Of a stretch of DNA of 51,987 nt, positions 1-8,991 are shown in pieces (positions within the stretch are counted from its first letter, which is position 1; each line of letters opens with the position of its first letter). Made by a program: the position numbers and the translations under genes. Below the pieces are notes generated by a model. It worked only from the letters and a program-made list of their open reading frames with translations. It was not told the origin of the DNA and made no database searches. The stretch is from the IMG/VR virus record IMGVR_UViG_3300037070_002091, positions 1-51,987 of that record; one strand, written 5' to 3'. This DNA comes from a virus (taxonomy: Duplodnaviria > Caudoviricetes).

Positions 1-57
1 AGGGAGCCGCCCGCGCCGCCCGCGCCGCCCGCCGCGGAGGAGCCGGGTGATGGCTGA
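1..57 (+). CDS. 3' end of the small Pro-rich protein that begins at 51819 (spans the contig junction)
   Basis: Frame 1 reads REPPAPPAPPAAEEPGDG* (TGA 55-57), has the same PPA repeat as the contig end, and overlaps the next ATG at 50. Confidence 0.7.
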   Translation, partial: REPPAPPAPPAAEEPGDG

Positions 58-862
58 GCCGACCGGCTACAGCGTCAGCTACTCTTTCGCCGGCTGGCAG
101 GCGACAAACCCGGCTGACCCGTTGCCGGCGGCGCCGGTCGACACCGAGTTCGAGAATATCGAGACGTCAATCGCCTCGATCGTAGCGGCGCTCAACGAGG
201 TTCGGCGCTCGGACGGGTTCCTGATGAACGGTATCGTCGGGCTCGATCAGCTCGACGAGCAGCTCGCGGCGTTGGTCGGCGGCGACCCACGTATCCTCGT
301 CTCTGATCTCAACCCAGCCAGCTTCGCGACGCAGACGCAGGCCGAGGTCGGCGCGGCCAACGACCGGCTGATGACGCCGCTGCGGACGAAACAGGCGATC
401 GACGCCCAGCGCGCATATGCCTCCCAGGCTGAGGCCGAGGCCGGGGTAGAGGCCACGCACGTTATGACGCCGGCGACGGTGGCGCAGGCGCTTGGTACGC
501 TCCGGGCCTACGCCTCCAAAGCCGAAGCCGAGGCTGGGGAGGAGAACACCAAGGTCATGACGGCACTGCGTGTCCTTCAGGCCATCGCTGCGCAGCGCAC
601 GGTCTACAGTGCGACGCAGTCGATCACCTGGGGCACGATCGGCACGCTGGCCGCGTCGACGCAGTCGGTCAACGTCGCCGGCGCCGCGGTTGGCGATAAG
701 GTTGTTGTCGGCTACCCCGCCGCCGGGCTCAACGACGGGCTGCGCGTCCGGGCGTGGGTGTCCTCGGCCGACACTGTTTCCATCCGGGCCTACAACACGA
801 CAGGCAGCGGAATAACGCCGACCGCGGCGCAAAGCTACAAAGTTACTGTCCTGCATTTTTGA
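50..862 (+). CDS. Short tail fibre / virion structural protein
   Basis: GGAGGAG RBS at 36-42. N-terminal anchor (…RSDG.L.NG.VG..QL) resembles that of 50113..51822. Three A[TS]QxEAExG…[VL]MT[PA]…QA[IL] fibre-type repeats. Confidence 0.7.
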   Translation: MAEPTGYSVSYSFAGWQATNPADPLPAAPVDTEFENIETSIASIVAALNEVRRSDGFLMNGIVGLDQLDEQLAALVGGDPRILVSDLNPASFATQTQAEVGAANDRLMTPLRTKQAIDAQRAYASQAEAEAGVEATHVMTPATVAQALGTLRAYASKAEAEAGEENTKVMTALRVLQAIAAQRTVYSATQSITWGTIGTLAASTQSVNVAGAAVGDKVVVGYPAAGLNDGLRVRAWVSSADTVSIRAYNTTGSGITPTAAQSYKVTVLHF

Positions 863-871
863 GAAGAGAAT

Positions 872-1222
872 GTGGAGTTGGCCGTTCCGGAACCACCTAA
901 AGATCAGGAACCGCCGGGCTACCTTAGACGTTACTCGCAAGAGGATAGTGAAAGGCATTTTCAGTTCTACCTGGAGGTTATGAGTAGGTGGATTACCCCT
1001 GCGCAGCTCGATCGGCTATTGCGGCTGATTGGTACGCCGGAGCAAGCGGAGGAGATGCTTCGTCTGCTCAAGGACCGAGAATTGCGGTGGCGGTGGAATC
1101 GCGAGTTCTGGGCCAACGTGAAGACCGTCCTGTTGTGGCTTGGATACGGGGGTGGGGCGCTCGGCTTTGTGATCGCGGTGCGCGTTCTCTGGCTGGCGTT
1201 CGCCGGAGAGTTAAGGCAATGA
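872..1222 (+). CDS. Membrane protein with C-terminal hydrophobic helix (possible holin or accessory)
   Basis: Hydrophobic segment VLLWLGYGGGALGFVIAVRVLWLAFAG; stop overlaps next ATG (ATGA). Confidence 0.55.
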   Translation: MELAVPEPPKDQEPPGYLRRYSQEDSERHFQFYLEVMSRWITPAQLDRLLRLIGTPEQAEEMLRLLKDRELRWRWNREFWANVKTVLLWLGYGGGALGFVIAVRVLWLAFAGELRQ

Positions 1223-1728
1223 CACGCGCGTCGTGGTTCGCCGCGATATTTTCGGTCGTCGTTTGGTCGACGATAACGGTGAACCTGGACCCAATCGCGA
1301 GTAGGCTCATCCCGCACAGCTGGTGGTACGACTTACGCGCGGCGCAAGTCCGCAGCGTGACGAATGGGGGCTCGCCGCTAGTGATCTTTGACCGCAACAT
1401 CGCCCGGGACATAGACGGCGTTCGCATTCGCAGCGTGCTCTACCCCGTAGCCGGGGAGGACTACCGGGCTTGCGAGCGAGTGAGGGCGCTCCGGCCGAAG
1501 ACGAAAGGCGAGGCGTTCGCCTCCCAGGGGTCGGTCACGCTGGCCGAGATTCAGGATTCGCCGCCGAACCCGCCGTGCATCTTCGAGGACGGCGGTGACT
1601 ACCGCGTAGATTTCACGCCCGAGGCCAAGAATGTGTTCTGGTGGCTCCCGGGGGTGACGCTTTCGTACACGGTGCCGTCGAACATCTTCAACTGGCGTGA
1701 CGACACCCCTGATCGCGAGCACGACTAG
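1219..1728 (+). CDS. Hypothetical N-terminally membrane-anchored protein
   Basis: ATG at 1219 coupled to upstream stop; MTRASWFAAIFSVVVWS hydrophobic N-terminus; two Cys in the soluble part. Confidence 0.6.
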   Translation: MTRASWFAAIFSVVVWSTITVNLDPIASRLIPHSWWYDLRAAQVRSVTNGGSPLVIFDRNIARDIDGVRIRSVLYPVAGEDYRACERVRALRPKTKGEAFASQGSVTLAEIQDSPPNPPCIFEDGGDYRVDFTPEAKNVFWWLPGVTLSYTVPSNIFNWRDDTPDREHD

Positions 1729-3355
1729 CTTGGCCCGGCCCCCGTTCCCCAAGCCGGCGCGCCAGGCCGCGGCCGAGTACGCTGACGTCGAGAAGGGCGT
1801 CCAAAACCTGCTGCGGCAGAAGAAGACCCACGCCGCGACGCAGAACCTCCTCGACTATATCCAGTTCACGATGCCCGATCCGGAGGACATTAACGACGTC
1901 ACGAAGAGCGCCTATGTCGTCGGCCGCCCGCACAAGGCCATCTGCGACGGGGTGCAGAAGTTCGTCGAGGGAGGCTTCCCCGGGTACTCGATCCTGATTC
2001 TCGAGGCGCCGCCGCGCCACGGCAAGAGCGAGATCGTCTCCAAGCGCCTCCCGGCCTGGTACGCGGGGAAGTTCCCCCGGCAGAACATCGTCGTCGGCAC
2101 CTACAACGACGAGTTCGCCAACGACATCGGCGCCGATGTGCGCAGGGTCATCCACAGTCCCCAGCACAAGGCTGTTTTCCCCGGGCACCAGCTCATCCGC
2201 GGCGGCACGGCCAAGGATCGCCTGCAGACGACTCAAGGGGGCCTCACTGTATTCGTGGGCCGCGGCGGCGCGCTGACCGGCCGGGGCGCGCATCTCCTGA
2301 TCCTCGACGACCTCATCAAGGGCAGCGAGGAGGCCCGGTCCAAGGCGATCCGCGACCAGATATGGGATTGGTTCGTCAAGGTCGCGATGACGCGCCGCAT
2401 GGGGCGGAAGCTCGTCATCATCATGTTCACGCGCTGGCACGAGGACGATTTGATAGGCCGGCTGACGAACCCCGAGAATGAGTTCTACAAGCTCGAGATC
2501 GCGCAGAAGATCAAGGTCATCACCTTACCGGCGATCGCCGAAGAGGGCGACGATCTGGGCCGGGAGCCTGGCGAGGCTCTTTGGCCCGATGGCCCCGACA
2601 CCTTTAACGAGGCGTTCCTGCAGGAGCAGCGGGCGCTTGATCCGGTCGCTTTCAACGCGCTCTACCAGCAGCGGCCGACGGTCGAAGACGGTATCCTCTT
2701 CCGGCGCGAGACGATCGAGGCCGGCTTCTACCGGCCTGACGAGCTCCCGGGCGAGCTTCGCTATTACTGCGCCTCGGATCATGCGGTCTCGACGGCGCAG
2801 CGGGCCGACCTGACGTGCATGGGCAAGGTCGGTGTCGACCAGAACGGGCACATCTGGCTCCTCGACGAGATTTTCTGGAAGAAGGCACGGTCTGAGGAGG
2901 CCGTCGAAGCGATGCTCGCGATGGGCGGAGGCGCTCGGGCGCCCCTGATCTGGTGGGCGGAGAAGGGGCACATTTCGAAGTCGATCGGGCCGTTCCTGCA
3001 TCGCCGCATGGCGGAGACCGGTCACTATTTCAACATGGTCGAGGTGACGCCTATCGGCGACAAAGAGCAGCGCGCCCAGGCGATAAGCGCCCGGGTTGCG
3101 ATGGGCCACGTCCACTTCCCCGCGGCCGCCAGTTGGCTGATGAAGGCGGTCGACCAGATGCTCGGCTTCCCCAACGGGCAGCATGACGATTTCGTGGACT
3201 TCATGTCGCTCTTGGGCCTCGGACTGCGGACGCTGGTCTCGGCTTCTGCGCCAGTGGTACGGAAGGCAGAACCGAAGTATGGTTCGTTCGCGTGGCTTCG
3301 TGCGCAGCAGCGCCGCGGTGAGCAGCGTGAGACCGGCCGGAACGGAGGCTTCTAG
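1697..3355 (+). CDS. terL: Terminase large subunit
   Basis: Walker A APPRHGKS, Walker B LLILDD, TRWHEDD motif, C-terminal nuclease FPNGQHDDFVD. Confidence 0.95.
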   Translation: MTTPLIASTTSLARPPFPKPARQAAAEYADVEKGVQNLLRQKKTHAATQNLLDYIQFTMPDPEDINDVTKSAYVVGRPHKAICDGVQKFVEGGFPGYSILILEAPPRHGKSEIVSKRLPAWYAGKFPRQNIVVGTYNDEFANDIGADVRRVIHSPQHKAVFPGHQLIRGGTAKDRLQTTQGGLTVFVGRGGALTGRGAHLLILDDLIKGSEEARSKAIRDQIWDWFVKVAMTRRMGRKLVIIMFTRWHEDDLIGRLTNPENEFYKLEIAQKIKVITLPAIAEEGDDLGREPGEALWPDGPDTFNEAFLQEQRALDPVAFNALYQQRPTVEDGILFRRETIEAGFYRPDELPGELRYYCASDHAVSTAQRADLTCMGKVGVDQNGHIWLLDEIFWKKARSEEAVEAMLAMGGGARAPLIWWAEKGHISKSIGPFLHRRMAETGHYFNMVEVTPIGDKEQRAQAISARVAMGHVHFPAAASWLMKAVDQMLGFPNGQHDDFVDFMSLLGLGLRTLVSASAPVVRKAEPKYGSFAWLRAQQRRGEQRETGRNGGF

Positions 3356-5521
3356 ATGGATGACTTTGCGGGCGACTACGACACGCTCTCGGCCAACGCT
3401 CCGGACAGCGGCGAAGAGAAGGTCGGGAACCCGGTCGTCACGCCGGATGAGGAGAAGCTCGTCAAGAAAGTCCTCGGCCGGATCAAGGCCGACCGGGTAC
3501 ACTACGGCTCTGCCTACACGCGGATGAAGCGGGACCAGATCGTCGCTCGCCGCGGCGCCGATCCGGCATGGTCCGAGAAAGACTACGTCGCCAATCTTGT
3601 CGGTCGCCACATTCGCCAGTCGGTCAGCGCGCTTTACGCCAAGAACCCCAAGGCCGTCGCGCGCCGCCGGCCGCGCCTCGACTTCCAGATCTGGGATGAG
3701 AACGAGCAGACGCTCCTCGCCGCGATCCAGCTGACGCAGCAGTTCCAGATGCAGGCCGCCCCGATGGCCCAGGCGTCGGCGATGGGGCTGGCGCCGCCGG
3801 TCATGGTGCCTCCCGAGGTGCAGCAGGCGCAGGCGCTCATCGAGGACTTTCAGCTCGGCATGCAGGAGCGCGGGCTCGTCGACAAGCTGGGTAAAACACT
3901 GGAAGTGTTGTTTGACTACTACATGAAGGAGCAGAAGCCCCTCGACTTCAAGACGGGCATGAAGCAGCTTGTGCGGCGCGCGAAGACCACGGGCTGCGCC
4001 TTCGTCGAGATCGCGTTCCAGCGCGAGGTGGGGCAGGACGACGCGATCGTCAGCCAGATCGCTGACGCCCGCGCGCAGTTGAACCACATCAAGGCGCTGC
4101 AGCGCGAGGCTGCGGATGAGACTGGCACCGAGGACGACCGGGCCAAGGCCTACGAGCTCGAAGTGTCAATGGCCGCGCTGATGAAGCAGCAGTACGTCTT
4201 GCTGCGCGAAGGCATCGTCTACGACTTTCCCGAGTCCACCCGCGTCATCCCCGACAAGCGATGCCGCAATCTGACCGGGTTCCTCGGCTCGCGCTGGCTG
4301 ACCCTCCAGTACCTTTACACGCCGCAGGAGGTGCTCGGGACGTTCGGGATCGACCTGGACCGGGGCTATACCCCCTATTCGGTTGACGGTGTCGCTCGGT
4401 CAGACGGACCGGACCTGAGCCCTGACGTCGACGAGAACGGCAACACCCCCGACCATTTGGTTTGTGTTTATAAGCACTTCGACAAGGCCGCGGGCAACGT
4501 CTACTACGTCGCCGACGGCTACAAGGGGCTGCTGCGCCCCGCGGGGCCGCCGGAAGTCTACGTCGAGGATTTCTGGCCGGTCTGGGCGTTCACGATCAAC
4601 GAGTGCGACGACCCGGGGCAGGTTTTCCCCAACTCCGACGTCACCCTGATCCTCGACATGCAGACCGAGTACAACCGCTCCCGGCAAGGGAAGAGGGAGC
4701 ATAGGCAGGCCGCGCGCCCGCGCTTCTGGTCCCGTAAGGGTGCGCTGGACGACGCGGACAAGGAGCGGTTGCAGGACTCGAAGCCATTCAGTGTCACCGA
4801 GGTCAACCCCATCGGGGAGGCCGACCTGGACAAGCTGGTCGCTGCGATCCCGATGCCCGGTGTCGATCCGAACCTCTATGACACGAACGAAATCCAGATG
4901 GACATCAACTTGGTGGTCGGGGCGACGGCGAGCTCGGTTGGCGCTGAGGCAAACGGCGACACCGCGACCGGCGAGGCCATTGCGCAGGATAGCAGAGCGC
5001 TCTCCGGCGGGTCGGAGGTCGACGATCTCGACGCCTTCCTCACCGTCATCGCCCGGGCCTCGGGGCAGGTCATGCTCGCGAACCTCTCGCAGGAGACGGT
5101 GCAGAAGATCGCCGGGCGCGGCGCCGTATGGCCGCAGCTCTCGCTCGAGGACTTGGCCGGCGAGGTCTACCTGGAGACGGAGGCGGGTTCCTCTGGCAAG
5201 CCCAACGCGGCGCAGGAGATCAACAACTGGAAGATGATGCTGCCCTTCCTGATCCAGATGCCCGGTATCCGGCCGGAGTGGTTGGCGCGGGAGAGCCTCA
5301 AGCGCCTCGACGACAAGCTGGACCTGACCGACGCGCTGGCCGACGGGCTGCCGAGCATCGTACAGATGAACAGCATGTCGCAGCCCGGCGCCGAGGATCC
5401 TGGGGACACCCCAAGTGAGCAGGGTGGCGCAGGCGCGGCGAACGGCGCCCCTGCACCGACCGAACTCCCGGTTGGGGGTCCGCCCGGGATGGGCAGCAAT
5501 AATGGCATCGGCGCGATGTAG
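3356..5521 (+). CDS. Portal protein (podovirus-type)
   Basis: 721 aa directly after TerL; TATGEAI motif, helical content and low-complexity C-terminal tail typical of podoviral portals. Confidence 0.85.
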   Translation: MDDFAGDYDTLSANAPDSGEEKVGNPVVTPDEEKLVKKVLGRIKADRVHYGSAYTRMKRDQIVARRGADPAWSEKDYVANLVGRHIRQSVSALYAKNPKAVARRRPRLDFQIWDENEQTLLAAIQLTQQFQMQAAPMAQASAMGLAPPVMVPPEVQQAQALIEDFQLGMQERGLVDKLGKTLEVLFDYYMKEQKPLDFKTGMKQLVRRAKTTGCAFVEIAFQREVGQDDAIVSQIADARAQLNHIKALQREAADETGTEDDRAKAYELEVSMAALMKQQYVLLREGIVYDFPESTRVIPDKRCRNLTGFLGSRWLTLQYLYTPQEVLGTFGIDLDRGYTPYSVDGVARSDGPDLSPDVDENGNTPDHLVCVYKHFDKAAGNVYYVADGYKGLLRPAGPPEVYVEDFWPVWAFTINECDDPGQVFPNSDVTLILDMQTEYNRSRQGKREHRQAARPRFWSRKGALDDADKERLQDSKPFSVTEVNPIGEADLDKLVAAIPMPGVDPNLYDTNEIQMDINLVVGATASSVGAEANGDTATGEAIAQDSRALSGGSEVDDLDAFLTVIARASGQVMLANLSQETVQKIAGRGAVWPQLSLEDLAGEVYLETEAGSSGKPNAAQEINNWKMMLPFLIQMPGIRPEWLARESLKRLDDKLDLTDALADGLPSIVQMNSMSQPGAEDPGDTPSEQGGAGAANGAPAPTELPVGGPPGMGSNNGIGAM

Positions 5522-5522
5522 C

Positions 5523-5553
5523 TTGCGACAGTGACATACGCCGTGCTACAAAT
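5523..5553 (+). promoter_or_regulatory. Putative promoter for head genes carrying a GTGACATAC box
   Basis: TTGCGA…GCTACAAAT in the portal-scaffold gap; GTGACATAC at 5531-5539 matches the box in other promoters. Confidence 0.45.
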
Positions 5554-5579
5554 TCCGCAATTCGATCTTCGGAGGTCAA

Positions 5580-6587
5580 ATGGCCGACTTGAATGAGGCT
5601 GCGGCATCGGCCGACGCAGCCACCGACGAGACCCTGGACGACGTCACCGTCGAGTCTACGGCACCGACCGTAGTCACTGACGAGGACAGCGCGGCATCGT
5701 CCCCCGCGGCGCAGGCAACGGATGCAAAGCCGGAGAGCATTCTCAGCGTCGTTCGCGACGCGGTGAAGCCGAAGGAGTCGGGGCCATCCACCGACGCGAA
5801 CCGCGATCACCCGACCGCGGCGGCGACTGCCCCGGAAGCGGACAACGAGGACTTCAAGGACGTCCCCTTCCACAAGCATCCACGGTTCCAGGATCTCGTG
5901 AGAGAGCGGAACACCCTTCGCGAGCCGGCCAAGCGGCATCAGCAACTCACCTCGTTCCTGGATGAGAATGCGATGTCCGGCGAGGACGCGGCGACCGCGC
6001 TGAACCTGTTCGCGCTGATGAAGCGCGATCCGGAAGCAGCCTGGGCAGAGATGAAGCCGCGTGTGCAGGAACTTCTCCTGCAAATCGGCGAAATCCTCCC
6101 GGCGGACCTCCGGCAGCAGGTCACGGCCGGCACCATGACGCCCGACGTGGCGAAAATGGTGGCGAAGGAGCGGGCCAAGGCGAACGTGCTCCAAGGCAAA
6201 CAGACCTTCGAGCAGTCACGCGCGGCCCGGCTGCAGCAGAACTCGGCGGCGCAGGCCGCCGCTGATCTGCAGGAGAGCATCGTTTCGACGGTGCGAGCCT
6301 GGGCAACGGCGCAGCGAGGCAAGGACATTGACTTCGCGAAGAAGGACGAGGACCTCCAGAAGGAAATCCTCTTCCAGCGACGTCAGACGGGGCAAGTGCC
6401 CAAGACGCCTGCGGAGGCGACGGCTGAATTGGACGCGGCCCTTAAGGCCGTGAACCAGCGCATCCGCTCCCAGCGTCCGGCGCTCCGCGAGGTCCGACCC
6501 GTGGTGGGTGGTGGCACGGCGACACCGTCGCGCGCCAAGCCCGAGAGCCTGCTGGACGTTGTTCGGCAGGCAGGCCAGCGCGCCTGA
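5580..6587 (+). CDS. Capsid scaffolding protein
   Basis: Between portal and capsid; acidic disordered N-terminus, PFHKHPRF motif, coiled-coil body; KPES[IL]L.VVR occurs near both ends. Confidence 0.8.
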   Translation: MADLNEAAASADAATDETLDDVTVESTAPTVVTDEDSAASSPAAQATDAKPESILSVVRDAVKPKESGPSTDANRDHPTAAATAPEADNEDFKDVPFHKHPRFQDLVRERNTLREPAKRHQQLTSFLDENAMSGEDAATALNLFALMKRDPEAAWAEMKPRVQELLLQIGEILPADLRQQVTAGTMTPDVAKMVAKERAKANVLQGKQTFEQSRAARLQQNSAAQAAADLQESIVSTVRAWATAQRGKDIDFAKKDEDLQKEILFQRRQTGQVPKTPAEATAELDAALKAVNQRIRSQRPALREVRPVVGGGTATPSRAKPESLLDVVRQAGQRA

Positions 6588-6604
6588 TCCAGGGTTAGAA
6601 GGAC

Positions 6605-7696
6605 ATGGCCTACACGGCTGCAGAGCTTGCCAACATCCAGAACTCCGCACTCGATTTCTACATCGACAAGGGGAAGCTGGGCATCCAGAACGTCCAGGAT
6701 ATGCCGATGAGCGCCGCGTTCGACGCGGCCGCCGGCAGCTTCTCGGGCGGCAAGGAAGTCAGCGTCGGCGTGAAGACCGGCCAGGGCGGCGGGACGATCG
6801 TTGGCTACGAGGGTGACGATCAGGTCACTTACTACAACCCGACGCCGGCGAAGCGCGCGCACTACCCGTGGAAGGAGCAGTTCCTCGGGATCGGCTGCAC
6901 CATCTCCGAGCTCAAGGTTGACGGTATCACCGTCAACGAGTCGGGCGCCGACCAGACGACCTCGGCGAAGGACGGCCGCGAAGAGCACGCCCTCGCGAAC
7001 ATCCTCGACGAGAAGCTCGAGGTCTTCGCCCAGGACTGGAAGGAAGGCTGGGATGGCCTGATCCACGGTGACGGCACCACCGACACCAAGGCCATCGCGG
7101 GTGTCCGTGCATTCATCCTCGCCGACCCGGCTCTCGGTTCGACCGGGGGCATCAACCGCACCACGAATACCTGGTGGCGGAACCGGGCGGCGACCGCTGC
7201 CGCCAACAGCGCCGGCACCGGTAACAACGTCATCACCTCGGCCGTGGCCGACGGTGGCGCGCTGCTGACCTTCCTGCAGAAGGAGCGCCGCCAGCTTCGC
7301 CGGTACTCGAAGGGCGCGGGCGTCAAGCACCGCTGCTTCGCTGGCTCCGACTTCATGGCCGCGATGGAGAAGGAAATCCGGGCCAACGGCAACTACAGCC
7401 AGTCCGGCTTCCGCGACCGCTCGACGAACGACGGCTCCCAGGCGACCGACGAGGGCATCCCGTTTGGGAATTGGAACATCGTCTACGACCCGGTCATGGA
7501 CGATCTCAGCCTGCAGAAGCGGCTGTACGTCATCGACATGAACGGCATCAAGTTGCTGTACATGCAGGACGAGAAGATGAAGAAGAGCAACCCGGCGCGG
7601 CCCTACGACCGCTTCGTGATGTACCAGGGCCTCACGTCGACCGCCGTTATGGTCGCCAAGAAGCTCCGGACCTCCGGCGTCTACGACATCGCCTGA
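6605..7696 (+). CDS. Major capsid protein
   Basis: 363 aa after scaffold, strong codon bias, GGINR…WWRN motif seen in HK97-fold capsids of this class. Confidence 0.9.
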   Translation: MAYTAAELANIQNSALDFYIDKGKLGIQNVQDMPMSAAFDAAAGSFSGGKEVSVGVKTGQGGGTIVGYEGDDQVTYYNPTPAKRAHYPWKEQFLGIGCTISELKVDGITVNESGADQTTSAKDGREEHALANILDEKLEVFAQDWKEGWDGLIHGDGTTDTKAIAGVRAFILADPALGSTGGINRTTNTWWRNRAATAAANSAGTGNNVITSAVADGGALLTFLQKERRQLRRYSKGAGVKHRCFAGSDFMAAMEKEIRANGNYSQSGFRDRSTNDGSQATDEGIPFGNWNIVYDPVMDDLSLQKRLYVIDMNGIKLLYMQDEKMKKSNPARPYDRFVMYQGLTSTAVMVAKKLRTSGVYDIA

Positions 7697-7721
7697 GATC
7701 AGAGCGAAGGGAGATCAAATC

Positions 7722-8495
7722 ATGGGCTTCAAGATCATCGAAATCACTCTCGGGTCGGCAATCGCCGATGACGGGACGCTGACCGGGATCGCCTACCCGA
7801 GCGGGACCAACCAGGCCTACTTCACGGGCGGGGCGCTCTCGAACACCGGCAAGGCGATCATCAACTACAACGACGTCTACAATCAGGCCGATCCCGGCAT
7901 CGGGATCACCTATGGGGCGTCGACGATCACGCTGACGAACCTATCGGGCGTCACTTGGCCGGCGACGTCGCATGTGACCTTGCAGCTCGGCTACGCGGCC
8001 GGGCTCACGGTGTCGGACTTGTCGGGCCTCACCGCCACCGTGGCAGAGATGAACCGCGTGGCCGATGTCTCGACGCGGGTGGTCTCAATCACCGCTACCG
8101 GGTCGATCACCGAGGCGGCGAACGAGGGCAAGCGGAACCTCCTGAACGCCTCGGCGCTGGTGACGCTCACCATGCCGGCCTCGACGGGCAGTGGCGCGCG
8201 CTACCGATTCATCGTCGGGACGGTGAACACCTCGAACTACGTCATCCAGAAGGCGGGTTCGGACGTGTTCTCGGGCCAGGTGCAGATCTGGGATCGGGAC
8301 GCGGCCACCAGCGTCAGCTTCTTCGACGCGGCCGGCTCCTCGTCCTCGGACGTGTTCACGCTGAACGGGACCACGACCGGCGGCTCGCGGGTCGGCGATT
8401 GGGTCGAATTTGCCGATGACGCCGCGGGTATCTGGACCGTGACGGGCGTTTTGTCGTGCCCGACCAGCTCGAACCCGGCGACGCCGTTCGCCTGA
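7722..8495 (+). CDS. Virion structural protein (head decoration / fibre-like)
   Basis: Follows capsid gene; Thr/Gly/Ser-rich; N-terminus similar to 42959..43846. Confidence 0.65.
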   Translation: MGFKIIEITLGSAIADDGTLTGIAYPSGTNQAYFTGGALSNTGKAIINYNDVYNQADPGIGITYGASTITLTNLSGVTWPATSHVTLQLGYAAGLTVSDLSGLTATVAEMNRVADVSTRVVSITATGSITEAANEGKRNLLNASALVTLTMPASTGSGARYRFIVGTVNTSNYVIQKAGSDVFSGQVQIWDRDAATSVSFFDAAGSSSSDVFTLNGTTTGGSRVGDWVEFADDAAGIWTVTGVLSCPTSSNPATPFA

Positions 8496-8504
8496 GCCTA
8501 GCAG

Positions 8505-8530
8505 GCGCGGCGGGCTTCGGCTCGCCGCGC
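8505..8530 (+). terminator. GC hairpin with cUUCGg tetraloop and no U-tract (weak terminator or mRNA-stabilising element)
   Basis: GCGCGGCGGGC-TTCG-GCTCGCCGCGC immediately after the head genes. Confidence 0.55.
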
Positions 8531-8550
8531 ATCACCCCAAGGAGAAGCCA

Positions 8551-8967
8551 ATGCAGCGCATCGACTGCCTCGTTGCCCTCGGAAGCGACAACCGGAACAC
8601 GGTGCCCAAGATGGGGATCACGGTGGCCGAAGCGCACGCGCTGCGGGCGATTCACGGGGCCGAGGCGCTCCTCGACGTCCAGCCCCTCGAAGGTGACGAG
8701 CCCGTCAGCTTGCGCGGCGAGATCACGCGGCTGCGGGAGAAGTACCAGGGCAAGGACGAGGACGGCCGCCCCATCATCGAGGCGCTCTTCGCCGGCGGCG
8801 GGTCAAGCGTCCCCGAGACGGTCGACGACCTGCAGCTCCCCGAGCAGTGCTTCCGGACGCTGACCCGCGTGACCGCGGCGCCGCGGCCCGAGGGACGTCA
8901 GCTCAAGTCCATCGCGCCGGTCTCCGGCGAGGATGACGGCGGGACGGTCGACCATCTCTTCGACTGA
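8551..8967 (+). CDS. Hypothetical morphogenesis protein
   Basis: AAGGAG RBS; lies between head and neck genes; ends DHLFD. Confidence 0.75.
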   Translation: MQRIDCLVALGSDNRNTVPKMGITVAEAHALRAIHGAEALLDVQPLEGDEPVSLRGEITRLREKYQGKDEDGRPIIEALFAGGGSSVPETVDDLQLPEQCFRTLTRVTAAPRPEGRQLKSIAPVSGEDDGGTVDHLFD

Positions 8968-8991
8968 GCCCGTTCGCGGGTAGGAGGACCA